A stretch of 64,000 bases of DNA, taken from NCBI GenBank assembly GCA_050952625.1, contig JBMNLH010000001.1, forward strand, positions 800,001 to 864,000, written 5' to 3'. Source of the DNA: Bacillota bacterium (GTDB taxonomy: Bacteria > Bacillota > Ch66 > Ch109). A program made the translations under genes and the position numbers. The stretch's first letter is position 1. Each line of letters begins with the position of its first letter. The notes under the pieces are model-generated. The model was not told where the DNA came from. It ran no database searches and was given only the letters and a program-made list of their open reading frames with translations. This document shows, in pieces, positions 19,683 to 28,761 of this stretch.

Positions 19683-19982
19683 GTGAAGCTGGAACTTGTT
19701 TCCATACCTCGGTCACCTTCTTTAGTTGAATGGTCTAAACCCGAAATGAGTCAGCCAGAAGGGATAAGTTTTTCTCAGTATTTAGGACAGGCAATACAAG
19801 ATGTTGATTCCATGCAAAAAGAGGCTGATCAGACGGCTTTAAAAGTGGTCACCGGTGAAATTAATGAAATACATCAAGCGACAATCGCTGCGGAAAAAGC
19901 CAGTCTGTCTCTGCAATTAGCTCTTCAGATCCGCAGTAAAGTATTAGAGGCTTATCAAGAGATAATGCGAATGCCGGTTTAG
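19683..19982 (+). CDS. fliE: Hook-basal body complex protein FliE
   Basis: IAAEKASLSLQLALQIRSKVLEAYQEIMRMPV. Confidence 0.95.
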   Translation: MKLELVSIPRSPSLVEWSKPEMSQPEGISFSQYLGQAIQDVDSMQKEADQTALKVVTGEINEIHQATIAAEKASLSLQLALQIRSKVLEAYQEIMRMPV

Positions 19983-20059
19983 TTATGATCAAATCAGTGA
20001 GTTTTAAGTTATAACAATTATAGAAACATAACGTCGGTTTTTATTGAGGTTTAACTAAA

Positions 20060-21616
20060 ATGGCAGAATACTGGAATAACTTTAAGGAAAAATTTTTAAG
20101 TTACTGGAATGCTTGGTCACCGAATCAAAAAGTATTGGCAGCTGGGGGAGTTCTTTTTTTTGTACTAGCATTGATCATGGCAACTTGGGCCCTAACTCGC
20201 TCTGAAGAAATGGAACCTTTGTATACTCGTTTAGAAGCTAATGACGCTGCCGGAATCACTGAAAAATTAAAAGAGATGAAGATTCCTTATGAACTAACGG
20301 ACAGCGGTACGACCATCTTGGTGCCACCTGACTTAAAATATCAAACCCGCCTTGATTTAGCGGCCACTGGGTTGCCACGAGGAACTGTTGGTTTTGAAAG
20401 CCTGGAAGAGACCCGATTTGGAGAAACATCTAGAGATAAAGAAATCAAATTTAACTTAGCTCTTCAGGGTGAATTGGCCAGAACGATTGGACATTTACAG
20501 GGGATTGAGCAGGCCTGGGTCTACCTAACGATCCCGGAGACAGCTCTTTTTACCAAAGATCAGGCAGAACGAACAGCTTCGGTCATGGTAAAAATTAACC
20601 CGGGATTAGAGCTGCAGCCTGAGCAGATCAAAGGAATTGTACATATGGTGGCTAAAGGTGTTGAAGGGTTAAAACCCGAAAATGTAACAGTAATCGATAT
20701 TAATGGTCGGATCCTATCTGAAGATATTGTTAATGCCAATTCACAAATGTTTACTAATAAATTAACCGCTAACCAACTAGAGATTCAAAAACAATTTGAA
20801 AGAGACATTTCGCAAAACATTCAATCAATGCTGGAACGTGTTGTTGGTTATGGCAATGCGGTGGTCCGGGTTCGAGCCGAGCTGGACTTCGATCAAAAGG
20901 AAATTGTCGATGAACAATGGGGCGACCGGGTCCCGCGGAGTACTCAGAATACTGAAGAAATAACTCGGGGTCAAAACGCGCCCATGGAGAATGTTGTCGG
21001 TACGGATGTAAATATTCCGGAATACCCAGCGGTGAATAACCAGAACACTAATTTTGAGCAGCAAAAGACAACTAGTATCGTCAATAATGAGATAAATCGG
21101 ACTGAAACCCACCAGGTGGTTGCTCCAGGGGCCATTCGACGTCTAACCGTGGCTGTGGTCGTCAATGGAGAGCAATTGCCGGCTGAACGTTTGACCGCGA
21201 TTGAGCAGGCGGCTCGAATGGCCGCCGGCATTCAGGATCAACGGGGTGATCAGCTAACAGTCAGTGCCGTGCCGTTTGATACAACCTATTGGGAACGACT
21301 ACAAGCCCAGATAGATGCGGATGCTCGGCAGGCAGCCATCCAGAAGTGGGGGATAATCGGGGGGATTATCCTAGCATTGCTCTTGATTGGAGTCATTGCT
21401 TACATGGCAGTCCGCCGCCGTCGCGCTCCGGTACTCGATACAACGATTGACGAGCCTATCCTAGTTGAGGAGTTGCTGGATATTGAAGAAACAGTCCTTT
21501 CACCGGAAGAACAGGAAAAGTTGAAAATGAGGGAACAGATAGAAAGCCTAGCCAAAGATAAACCGGAAGAAATAGCCAAGTTGCTTCAGGTTTGGTTGGC
21601 CGAAGATCAGAGGTGA
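20060..21616 (+). CDS. fliF: Flagellar M-ring protein FliF
   Basis: Two TM segments, ALQGELARTI, VEGLKPENVTVID, RGDQLTV. Confidence 0.96.
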   Translation: MAEYWNNFKEKFLSYWNAWSPNQKVLAAGGVLFFVLALIMATWALTRSEEMEPLYTRLEANDAAGITEKLKEMKIPYELTDSGTTILVPPDLKYQTRLDLAATGLPRGTVGFESLEETRFGETSRDKEIKFNLALQGELARTIGHLQGIEQAWVYLTIPETALFTKDQAERTASVMVKINPGLELQPEQIKGIVHMVAKGVEGLKPENVTVIDINGRILSEDIVNANSQMFTNKLTANQLEIQKQFERDISQNIQSMLERVVGYGNAVVRVRAELDFDQKEIVDEQWGDRVPRSTQNTEEITRGQNAPMENVVGTDVNIPEYPAVNNQNTNFEQQKTTSIVNNEINRTETHQVVAPGAIRRLTVAVVVNGEQLPAERLTAIEQAARMAAGIQDQRGDQLTVSAVPFDTTYWERLQAQIDADARQAAIQKWGIIGGIILALLLIGVIAYMAVRRRRAPVLDTTIDEPILVEELLDIEETVLSPEEQEKLKMREQIESLAKDKPEEIAKLLQVWLAEDQR

Positions 21617-21621
21617 TAATT

Positions 21622-22638
21622 GTGACAGTAGTAGCCGGCAAGGTCCTGAGTGGTAGGCAAAAAGCAGCCATATTAATGATCTACCTTGGCTCAGATCTAT
21701 CATCGAAGGTCTTTCGTAATTTAGGAGAAGACGATATTGAACAGCTAACTATGGAAATCGCTAATTTGCGAAAAATTACTAGTGACAAAAGGGATGCGGT
21801 TATTGAAGAGTTCTATCAGATGTGCCTGGCGTCAGAGTACCTCTCACAAGGGGGGATAGAGTACGCCAAAGATGTCTTAGAAAGAGCTCTTGGCAACCAA
21901 AAGGCAATGGAGATTCTTCACCGGATTACCGCAACCCTAGCTGTTCGACCCTTTGATTTTGTTCGGAAAACTGACCCGGCCCAGTTACTAAACTTTATCC
22001 AGGGCGAACACCCGCAAACCATTGCTTTGGTTATTGCTTATTTAGATCCGGAGAAGGCAGCGATTGTGCTTTCTGCCTTACCTCAGGATCGGCAGGCAGA
22101 TGTAGCTAGACGGATTGCTGTGATGGACCGAACTTCGCCAGAGATAATAAAAGAGGTAGAAAGGGTTTTAGAACGCAAACTATCTTCGGTAGTTCCTCAA
22201 GAAGTTATGGCTGCCGGTGGAGTACAATCGGTCGTCCAAGTATTGAATCGGGTTGACCGGAGTACCGAGAAAACAATTATGGAAACCCTGGAGATCCAGG
22301 ATCCCGAACTAGCCGAAGAGATTAAAAAGCTAATGTTCGTCTTTGAGGATATTGTGCAACTCGACGATCGGTCAATCCAACGCATTTTACGCGAAATTGA
22401 TAGTCACGATTTGGCCTTGGCTCTGAAGGGTACTGGTGAAGAGGTGGCTGCCAAGATCATGCGGAATATGTCTAAACGTGCTTCGGAAATGTTAAAGGAA
22501 GATATCGACTTTATGGGTCCGGTACGTTTGCGAGATGTAGAAGAAGCTCAGCAGCGGATTGTCGCTAGCATTCGGAGACTTGAAGAGGCCGGCGAGATCA
22601 TCATCGCCCGCGGAGGAGGGGATGAGATCATTGTCTAG
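21622..22638 (+). CDS. fliG: Flagellar motor switch protein FliG
   Basis: LSGRQKAAIL, EHPQTIA, MFVFEDI, GPVRLRDVEEAQQRIV. Confidence 0.97.
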   Translation: MTVVAGKVLSGRQKAAILMIYLGSDLSSKVFRNLGEDDIEQLTMEIANLRKITSDKRDAVIEEFYQMCLASEYLSQGGIEYAKDVLERALGNQKAMEILHRITATLAVRPFDFVRKTDPAQLLNFIQGEHPQTIALVIAYLDPEKAAIVLSALPQDRQADVARRIAVMDRTSPEIIKEVERVLERKLSSVVPQEVMAAGGVQSVVQVLNRVDRSTEKTIMETLEIQDPELAEEIKKLMFVFEDIVQLDDRSIQRILREIDSHDLALALKGTGEEVAAKIMRNMSKRASEMLKEDIDFMGPVRLRDVEEAQQRIVASIRRLEEAGEIIIARGGGDEIIV

Positions 22639-23428
22639 GATTATTAAGGCATCAAGTTTGATCTTCAATGAGACTGTTCGGCTGGCCCTAGTAAAACCGG
22701 CTGCAGTATCTTATCTAAATAAAGAGATCAAATCGGCGGAGGCCGAAATGAGAGAGCCTTCGTTTAATGAAGAAATGGCTAATAAACTCATGAAAGAGAC
22801 AAAAGATAAGGTTCGGGAACTGCTTGATCAGGCCCGTTTGCAAGCCCAAGAGATAGTTGATTCCGCTCGGGCTGAAGCGGAACAGATTAAGCAAGCGGTT
22901 GCAGAAGAGGCTGAAATAATAAAGGGAAAAAGTCGAGAGGAAGGATATCAGGCCGGATTTCAAACGGGTAAACAACAAGCAGTTCAGGAAACTGAGCAGG
23001 CACGCCAGGCGATAATTAGCGAAGCCCAGGCTATCTTGGAAAAGGCCCAAATCGACCGTGAAAAGATGCTGGCTGAAGTCGAGCCGCAAGTCGTACAACT
23101 GGCGATTGAATTGGCCAGAAAGGTGATCTGGCGCGAACTATCAATTAATCCTGAGACGATCCGTGATATAGCTCGAGAAGCACTGGCACGTGCCGGTAGG
23201 ACCGGCGAGCTGGTGATTAAAGTAAGTAAAGATTTCTACGAACCCCTGAATGCCGGACTAAAGGAAATAGTTTCGGAAGAGGAGCGACGGCATTGTCGGG
23301 TAGAAATTGATGATACGGTAGAGCCGGGGGGATGTATTGTTGATACCGGTGCGGGTTATGTCGATGCTCAAATAACCAGTCAGTTAGATAGAATTGTTGG
23401 GGTCTTCAATCAGGTGAATCCTTTATGA
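22631..23428 (+). CDS. fliH: Flagellar assembly protein FliH
   Basis: LSRIIK start, GxxxG repeats (EEGYQAGFQTGKQ), GGCIVDT. Confidence 0.92.
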   Translation: MSRIIKASSLIFNETVRLALVKPAAVSYLNKEIKSAEAEMREPSFNEEMANKLMKETKDKVRELLDQARLQAQEIVDSARAEAEQIKQAVAEEAEIIKGKSREEGYQAGFQTGKQQAVQETEQARQAIISEAQAILEKAQIDREKMLAEVEPQVVQLAIELARKVIWRELSINPETIRDIAREALARAGRTGELVIKVSKDFYEPLNAGLKEIVSEEERRHCRVEIDDTVEPGGCIVDTGAGYVDAQITSQLDRIVGVFNQVNPL

Positions 23429-24741
23429 GTAAGTTAAACCTTGCCCCTTATTTTGAAACGCTTAGACAGGTTGACCCGATTAGTAAAAAAGGTAAGATTG
23501 CTCAGGTAGTCGGTTTATCTATTGAATCGGAAGGTCCTCAGGTCAACCTAGGAGAACTGTGTGAGATCCGGACCCGAGCGGGAAACGGCGGTCTACTGGC
23601 TGAGGTAGTTGGATTCCGGGAAGAACGGACCCTGTTAATGCCTTTAGGAGAGATGGATGGGCTTGGCCCAGGTTGTGCGGTAACTGCCACTGGACAAAGC
23701 TTTCAGATAGCGGTGGGACCAGAATTGGTTGGGAGAATCCTGGATGGTCTGGGTAATCCGATAGATGAAGCTGGTGTTCTGGGATGCAAAGAGTATTATC
23801 CAGTAATGAATAATCCACCCAATCCATTACGACGTAAACGGATTGAACAGCCGCTCTCAGTGGGGGTTAGGGCAATTGATGGGCTGTTGACTTGTGGCAA
23901 AGGCCAACGACTCGGGATTTTTGCGGGAAGTGGGGTTGGTAAGAGTACCTTGTTGGGGATGGTGGCCCGCAATACCAGTGCGGATATTAATGTGATTGCC
24001 TTGATTGGGGAGCGAGGCCGTGAGGTTCGGGAGTTTTTGGAGCGGGATCTTGGACCTGAAGGACAAAAGCGATCAGTGGTTGTGATCGCGACTTCAGAAC
24101 AGCCGGCTTTAGTAAGATTAAAAGGGGCATTTGTGGCCACCACTATTGCTGAGTATTTTCGAGACCAAGGTCTTGATGTCATGCTGATGATGGATTCGGT
24201 TACCCGCTTTGCCATGGCGCAGCGAGAAGTTGGTTTAACAGTTGGTGAACCACCGGCTACCCGAGGGTATACTCCATCTGTATTCGCCTTGCTTCCTAAA
24301 TTACTGGAAAGGTCAGGCACCTCGGAAAAGGGTACGATTACCGGTTTATATACGGTCCTGGTAGATGGTGATGATATGAACGAACCGATTGCTGACGCGG
24401 TACGGGGTATTCTGGATGGGCACATTGTCTTGTCCCGCGAATTAGCCGCTCAAAACCACTATCCGGCAATCGATATTTTAAATAGTGTTAGTCGGGTAAT
24501 GATAGAGATCGTTAATAATGAGCACCGGCAGGCAGCCAATAAGATGCGGAGTGTTATGGCCACTTATCAGGATGCCCGAGATTTAGTCAATATCGGGGCC
24601 TACACCCCTGGTTCCAATCCCAAAATAGATTACGCCTTGGCCTCGATAGATGCTTGTCTTGAATTCTTACAACAGGATATCCATGAACGAACTTCTTATA
24701 AGACAACTCTTAAACATCTGTTGAGATTATTTAATACTTAG
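23425..24741 (+). CDS. fliI: Flagellar export ATPase FliI
   Basis: GIFAGSGVGKSTL, ALIGERGREV, MDSVTRFAMAQRE. Confidence 0.97.
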   Translation: MSKLNLAPYFETLRQVDPISKKGKIAQVVGLSIESEGPQVNLGELCEIRTRAGNGGLLAEVVGFREERTLLMPLGEMDGLGPGCAVTATGQSFQIAVGPELVGRILDGLGNPIDEAGVLGCKEYYPVMNNPPNPLRRKRIEQPLSVGVRAIDGLLTCGKGQRLGIFAGSGVGKSTLLGMVARNTSADINVIALIGERGREVREFLERDLGPEGQKRSVVVIATSEQPALVRLKGAFVATTIAEYFRDQGLDVMLMMDSVTRFAMAQREVGLTVGEPPATRGYTPSVFALLPKLLERSGTSEKGTITGLYTVLVDGDDMNEPIADAVRGILDGHIVLSRELAAQNHYPAIDILNSVSRVMIEIVNNEHRQAANKMRSVMATYQDARDLVNIGAYTPGSNPKIDYALASIDACLEFLQQDIHERTSYKTTLKHLLRLFNT

Positions 24742-24787
24742 TTGGACTAATGTTATGCAAATTTATAAATAAGAGGTGTTTCTAAGA

Positions 24788-25237
24788 ATGCGTCGGTTTA
24801 AATTTCGTCTGCAAACAAGTCTGAATGTGGCCTTAATGCGGGAAGACATCCAGCGCCAAGAACTACACAGTTGTCAAACTGCTTATCAAGAAGGCCTGGC
24901 AATCTTGCAGCAACAACAGAAACAATACGCTCTATTGATGTCGGAACTCCGAAATATTCAACGCCATCGGCTGCAGATTGAAACTGTTCAACTATATCAA
25001 GAGTTTATGCTGACCTTAGACCAGATGATTAAAGAGCAGAACAAAATTGTTAATGAATTGTATCAAGAATTAGAACAATGTCGGATAAAATTGCTCAGGT
25101 TGATGAGGAACCGCAAGGTTCTAGAAAAACTGAAAGAGCGTTACTGGTTCAAATATCAGCGCGAGGTTATGAGTGAAGAACAAAAGCAAAATGATGAATT
25201 GGCCATAATTCGTTTTGCTAGCGGGATTTCGAGCTAA
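24788..25237 (+). CDS. fliJ: Flagellar export protein FliJ
   Basis: MRRFKFRLQ start, coiled coil, LEKLKE...EEQKQNDE. Confidence 0.9.
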   Translation: MRRFKFRLQTSLNVALMREDIQRQELHSCQTAYQEGLAILQQQQKQYALLMSELRNIQRHRLQIETVQLYQEFMLTLDQMIKEQNKIVNELYQELEQCRIKLLRLMRNRKVLEKLKERYWFKYQREVMSEEQKQNDELAIIRFASGISS

Positions 25238-25418
25238 CCCACATTAATCTAAAGTCACTTTCAGACAATGCCAAATTATCATCGCGCACTCATTTTTTAC
25301 TATGGCGGATCGGTGTCAAAATTGATCTCATAGATATATACGTTTCACGCCCGGCCAATAAGCGGGTTAAACAAAACATTTATTTGATTTATTTTATTAT
25401 TCTATTTAGAGATAAAGG

Positions 25419-26102
25419 GTGTTTGTTTTGACAGGAGCAAAGGCTTCCCAAACTACTTCCAATAACAGCTTGAAAACGGGTAGTTCGCCAAGTGTGTCGA
25501 ACAAGGAAGTTGAAGAGGATATATTGCCGGAACGTCGTTCAATATGGTCGGTTAAGCTCGTAGTTTTATCACTGCTGATCGTGGCGGCTGGTTTGTTGGT
25601 AGGAGCCCAGCTAGCCGGTTGGATAGATCTGCGTCAATTGGCTGCCCGGATTCCCGGCGTAGAAAGGTTTAATAGTTCAAGCGGAACCGACTCGACTCCG
25701 GTAGTAACCGGCGTCAGTCTGATGGAAAAAGAAAACCTGGAACTCAAAAGAAAAATCCAGGAACAAGAAGACTTGCTGCAGGGAATTTTGGGGGAGAAAC
25801 AGGCTTTAGAAGAAAATAAACTGGCCTTGGAGCAAAAGATTCAAGATTTGGAAAAGAAAGTAACTCTCATGAACAGTGAACAGTCATCGGAGGAGGATGT
25901 AGATTATCAGCAATTAGCCGATTATTATGCAGAGATGAAACCAGCAGCAGTGGTGGCGATTATGGATAATTTGGATGACGAAACAGTGCTTGGTATTTTA
26001 AAAGAAATGGAATTCGATCAGGTAGCCAAGATTTTAACCGCAATGCAGCCTGATCGGGCCGCTCGGCTGTCAACCATGTTTACCACCAAGACTTCGCCAT
26101 AA
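25419..26102 (+). CDS. MotE/YlxF-like flagellar protein (TM, coiled coil, MgtE-N-like domain)
   Basis: LADYYAEMKPAAVVAIM...AKILTAMQPDRAA repeats; located between fliJ and fliK. Confidence 0.8.
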   Translation: MFVLTGAKASQTTSNNSLKTGSSPSVSNKEVEEDILPERRSIWSVKLVVLSLLIVAAGLLVGAQLAGWIDLRQLAARIPGVERFNSSSGTDSTPVVTGVSLMEKENLELKRKIQEQEDLLQGILGEKQALEENKLALEQKIQDLEKKVTLMNSEQSSEEDVDYQQLADYYAEMKPAAVVAIMDNLDDETVLGILKEMEFDQVAKILTAMQPDRAARLSTMFTTKTSP

Positions 26103-26130
26103 AGCTTGGCTTTTGAAAGGAGGTGATAAG

Positions 26131-27720
26131 GTGAATTATCTGCCATTTAATTTAGAAACAGCTATCTCAACCAAGAAAAATAGTTTTCTCGGGGGAAATA
26201 GAAAAACCAACTGGGGCGGCATAGATAAAAAATCTTTTAAGCAAATGCTTGTATCCCAGCTTGATCAAACGAGTGATCCGAAGAAGGTTTCCTTACCTGA
26301 TAAGCAAAAAGTGAGATTCAATTCATCTGCTAAGAAGCCCGAGTCGGTTAGGGAACAGAATGCAAAAATGACCACAGATGATGTTTCCCCAAAAACTCCT
26401 GCATCTCCAACGCCAGATGAAAAGCACGACGCAAGTTTGAAACCTGAGAAAACGATAGTCAATCCTAACAGCCAGGAAACAAAGAAGATAGATAAGAAGG
26501 ACCCGGAGATCAGGGCGGATATCCCAACAGATTTGCTGCTCCTTGGGACACTAATTGGGCGAATTTCCGGTCATAATCAGATGGATAATCAAATTGCTGA
26601 AATCATTGGTTTCAAGGAGCAAGGAGGGGTTTTGCTCAATCAGGTTAAGCCGGTGGAACAGATACTCAAAGAAAACAGTGCCTGGCAGCAATTATTAAAG
26701 CAAGTGGGTATTAACCCGGAAGGGTTTTCTCCGGACCAGCTTAAACAGGTGTTTAACGGGAATGACCCCAAATGGCAACTACTGCAGCCGGCAGGGATTA
26801 AGCCAGTTGAGTTTTCTCGAAGTTCGCCGGTTGACTTGAGCCAGGTCACAGCTACAGAGGAAAAATCTGGGGCCTCTATCAATAAAGAGATATTATCAAG
26901 CAACTTGAGATTGATCCAGTCCTTAGACAGCAATCAAGTTGCCGGTTCTAACCTAGCAAACAATCCAGAGGATATATCCGCTGGACCACCTGCCTTAACT
27001 AAAGATGGGATGGTACATTTACATTTAATACAACCGAAAGAGGGTCACCCACAGTCAAACCAAAGTAGCTCAGCAGAAGAAACTACAGGCCCTGATAGCT
27101 TACTTTCGAAGGTTAAGGCTGCATTCTTGAAGCCCAATACCAGTATGGATGAGGGAGTCGCTGGTTTAGAGGAGGATGAATTAGCTTACTTGCAACCGTC
27201 GCCGACTAAGGCCGACCTGATTGACTCTAAGACCTCGGCGTTGACCAGAAGTCAAAAAACTATTCGCCCTCAGCAACTTTTCCAGCAGCTTGTTCAGAAG
27301 GCTCAGGTGATGGTTAAAGAAGGCCTGTCCGAATTACAAATTCAGTTAAAACCGGAGTTTCTTGGCCGGCTCAACTTGCACTTAGCCGTTGAAAATGGGT
27401 TGATTACCGCGCGGTTTATGGCGGAAAATCTTCAGGTCAAGCAGATTATCGAGTCCAATCTCAATCAGCTTAAACAATCGCTAGGGGAACAAGGTTTGCA
27501 AGTTGATCGGCTCGAGGTTTCCGTCGGCGGTGGCTCAACTAACCAACAGTTTAGCCAACACCAGGCTTATTATTCGCCTAACCAGGGTGAATCTAATTAT
27601 GGTCAGTTCAATCGGGGAGCGTACTTGGAATCAGCCGCTGATGAGATTAAGGAATATGCAAGTGAAATGTCCTCTCATTGGGATACATGGTTAAATGAAG
27701 GAATCAATTACCTGGCGTAA
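26131..27720 (+). CDS. fliK: Flagellar hook-length control protein FliK
   Basis: Low-complexity N-part, C-terminal IQLKPEFLGRL...VKQIIESNLNQLKQSL..QGL, ends INYLA. Confidence 0.9.
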   Translation: MNYLPFNLETAISTKKNSFLGGNRKTNWGGIDKKSFKQMLVSQLDQTSDPKKVSLPDKQKVRFNSSAKKPESVREQNAKMTTDDVSPKTPASPTPDEKHDASLKPEKTIVNPNSQETKKIDKKDPEIRADIPTDLLLLGTLIGRISGHNQMDNQIAEIIGFKEQGGVLLNQVKPVEQILKENSAWQQLLKQVGINPEGFSPDQLKQVFNGNDPKWQLLQPAGIKPVEFSRSSPVDLSQVTATEEKSGASINKEILSSNLRLIQSLDSNQVAGSNLANNPEDISAGPPALTKDGMVHLHLIQPKEGHPQSNQSSSAEETTGPDSLLSKVKAAFLKPNTSMDEGVAGLEEDELAYLQPSPTKADLIDSKTSALTRSQKTIRPQQLFQQLVQKAQVMVKEGLSELQIQLKPEFLGRLNLHLAVENGLITARFMAENLQVKQIIESNLNQLKQSLGEQGLQVDRLEVSVGGGSTNQQFSQHQAYYSPNQGESNYGQFNRGAYLESAADEIKEYASEMSSHWDTWLNEGINYLA

Positions 27721-27732
27721 GGAGGAAATAGC

Positions 27733-28293
27733 ATGAGCATTGAAGCAACCGGCAGTGGAGTGCCGCCTTGGCTGATTAATTCTAATTCAAGTACCGCAAA
27801 CACCGAGAAAACCGGAACTGAACAGGCGGTAATGGGAAAAGATGCCTTCCTTAAAATTCTGCTAACTCAATTAAGGTATCAAAACCCATTAGAGCCAGTT
27901 AAAGATACTGATTTTATCGCTCAGATGGCTCAATTTAGTTCTTTGGAACAGATGCAGAATATGAACAAAAACCTGGAAGCTGCTTTGCAAACCTTGAGTT
28001 TGTGGCAGGAAAACTCCTTTCTGAATTCACAAATTAGTTGTGCCCTTGATTTGGTTGGCCGTGAAATTGAGTATCGTTCTGGTGAGGAATACAAGACCGG
28101 TACAGTTGAGGCAATTAGGGTAAACGGGGGAATTCCCCGATTAGTGGTTAATGATGAGGAAGTATATCTAGAAATGGTTGCCGGTATTAAACAGGCGGAA
28201 ATTCAGGCGGAAATTAAAGAGGGAGCAACGGAGGATGAACAATCGGATTCTTTACCCACAACCGATCCAACCGATCCAACCGAAGCCGCTTAA
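27733..28293 (+). CDS. flgD: Flagellar hook capping protein FlgD
   Basis: GKDAFLKILLTQLRYQNPLEP, FIAQMAQFSSLEQM. Confidence 0.95.
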   Translation: MSIEATGSGVPPWLINSNSSTANTEKTGTEQAVMGKDAFLKILLTQLRYQNPLEPVKDTDFIAQMAQFSSLEQMQNMNKNLEAALQTLSLWQENSFLNSQISCALDLVGREIEYRSGEEYKTGTVEAIRVNGGIPRLVVNDEEVYLEMVAGIKQAEIQAEIKEGATEDEQSDSLPTTDPTDPTEAA

Positions 28294-28630
28294 CCAGCCG
28301 GTAAAGGGTCAGAATGAGAATACGCATGGAACCGCTCCTAGTAATTCGTTTCAAAATGTGCTCAATGATCAACTCAGGACAATCAAGTTTTCCCATCATG
28401 CACGGCAGCGGTTGCAAGCCCGTAAAATCTCGCTGAGTGGGGCTGAACTTAAACGGCTGGAGGAAGGAGTAGCCAAAGCGGCCCAGAAAGGAGCAAGAGA
28501 CTCTCTGGTGTTAATGGATAAATTAGCCCTGGTAGTCAGTGTCAAAAATCGGACCGTGATCACGGCGGTGGATGAAACTAGCCTGAAGGAAAATGTGTTT
28601 ACCAATATTGATAGTGCGGTAATTGTCTGA
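28235..28630 (+). CDS. Flagellar operon protein, TIGR02530 / DUF3766-type
   Basis: IKFSHHARQRL..R.I, AAQKGARDSLVL, VVSVKNRTVITA, ENVFTNIDSAVI; located between flgD and flgE. Confidence 0.88.
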   Translation: MNNRILYPQPIQPIQPKPLNQPVKGQNENTHGTAPSNSFQNVLNDQLRTIKFSHHARQRLQARKISLSGAELKRLEEGVAKAAQKGARDSLVLMDKLALVVSVKNRTVITAVDETSLKENVFTNIDSAVIV

Positions 28631-28677
28631 AGTTTAGCGGATGTTTCGAAGTATTAGTAGTATTAGTAGTTAGAAAT

Positions 28678-28730
28678 GGGCTGGACCTCTAGGAGGGGGC
28701 CCCTAAGCCGCGGAACAACTGAGGCGGCTT
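28678..28730 (+). ncRNA. Two-hairpin structured element in the flgE 5' region (function unknown)
   Basis: Hairpin 1: GGGCT-GGA-CCTC-TAG-GAGG-G-GGCCC. Hairpin 2: AAGCCGC-GGAACAACTGAG-GCGGCTT. GC-rich island in an AT-rich spacer, no U-tract. Confidence 0.6.
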
Positions 28731-28761
28731 GAATTTGGCGATAAAGGAGGTCGATTGATAG

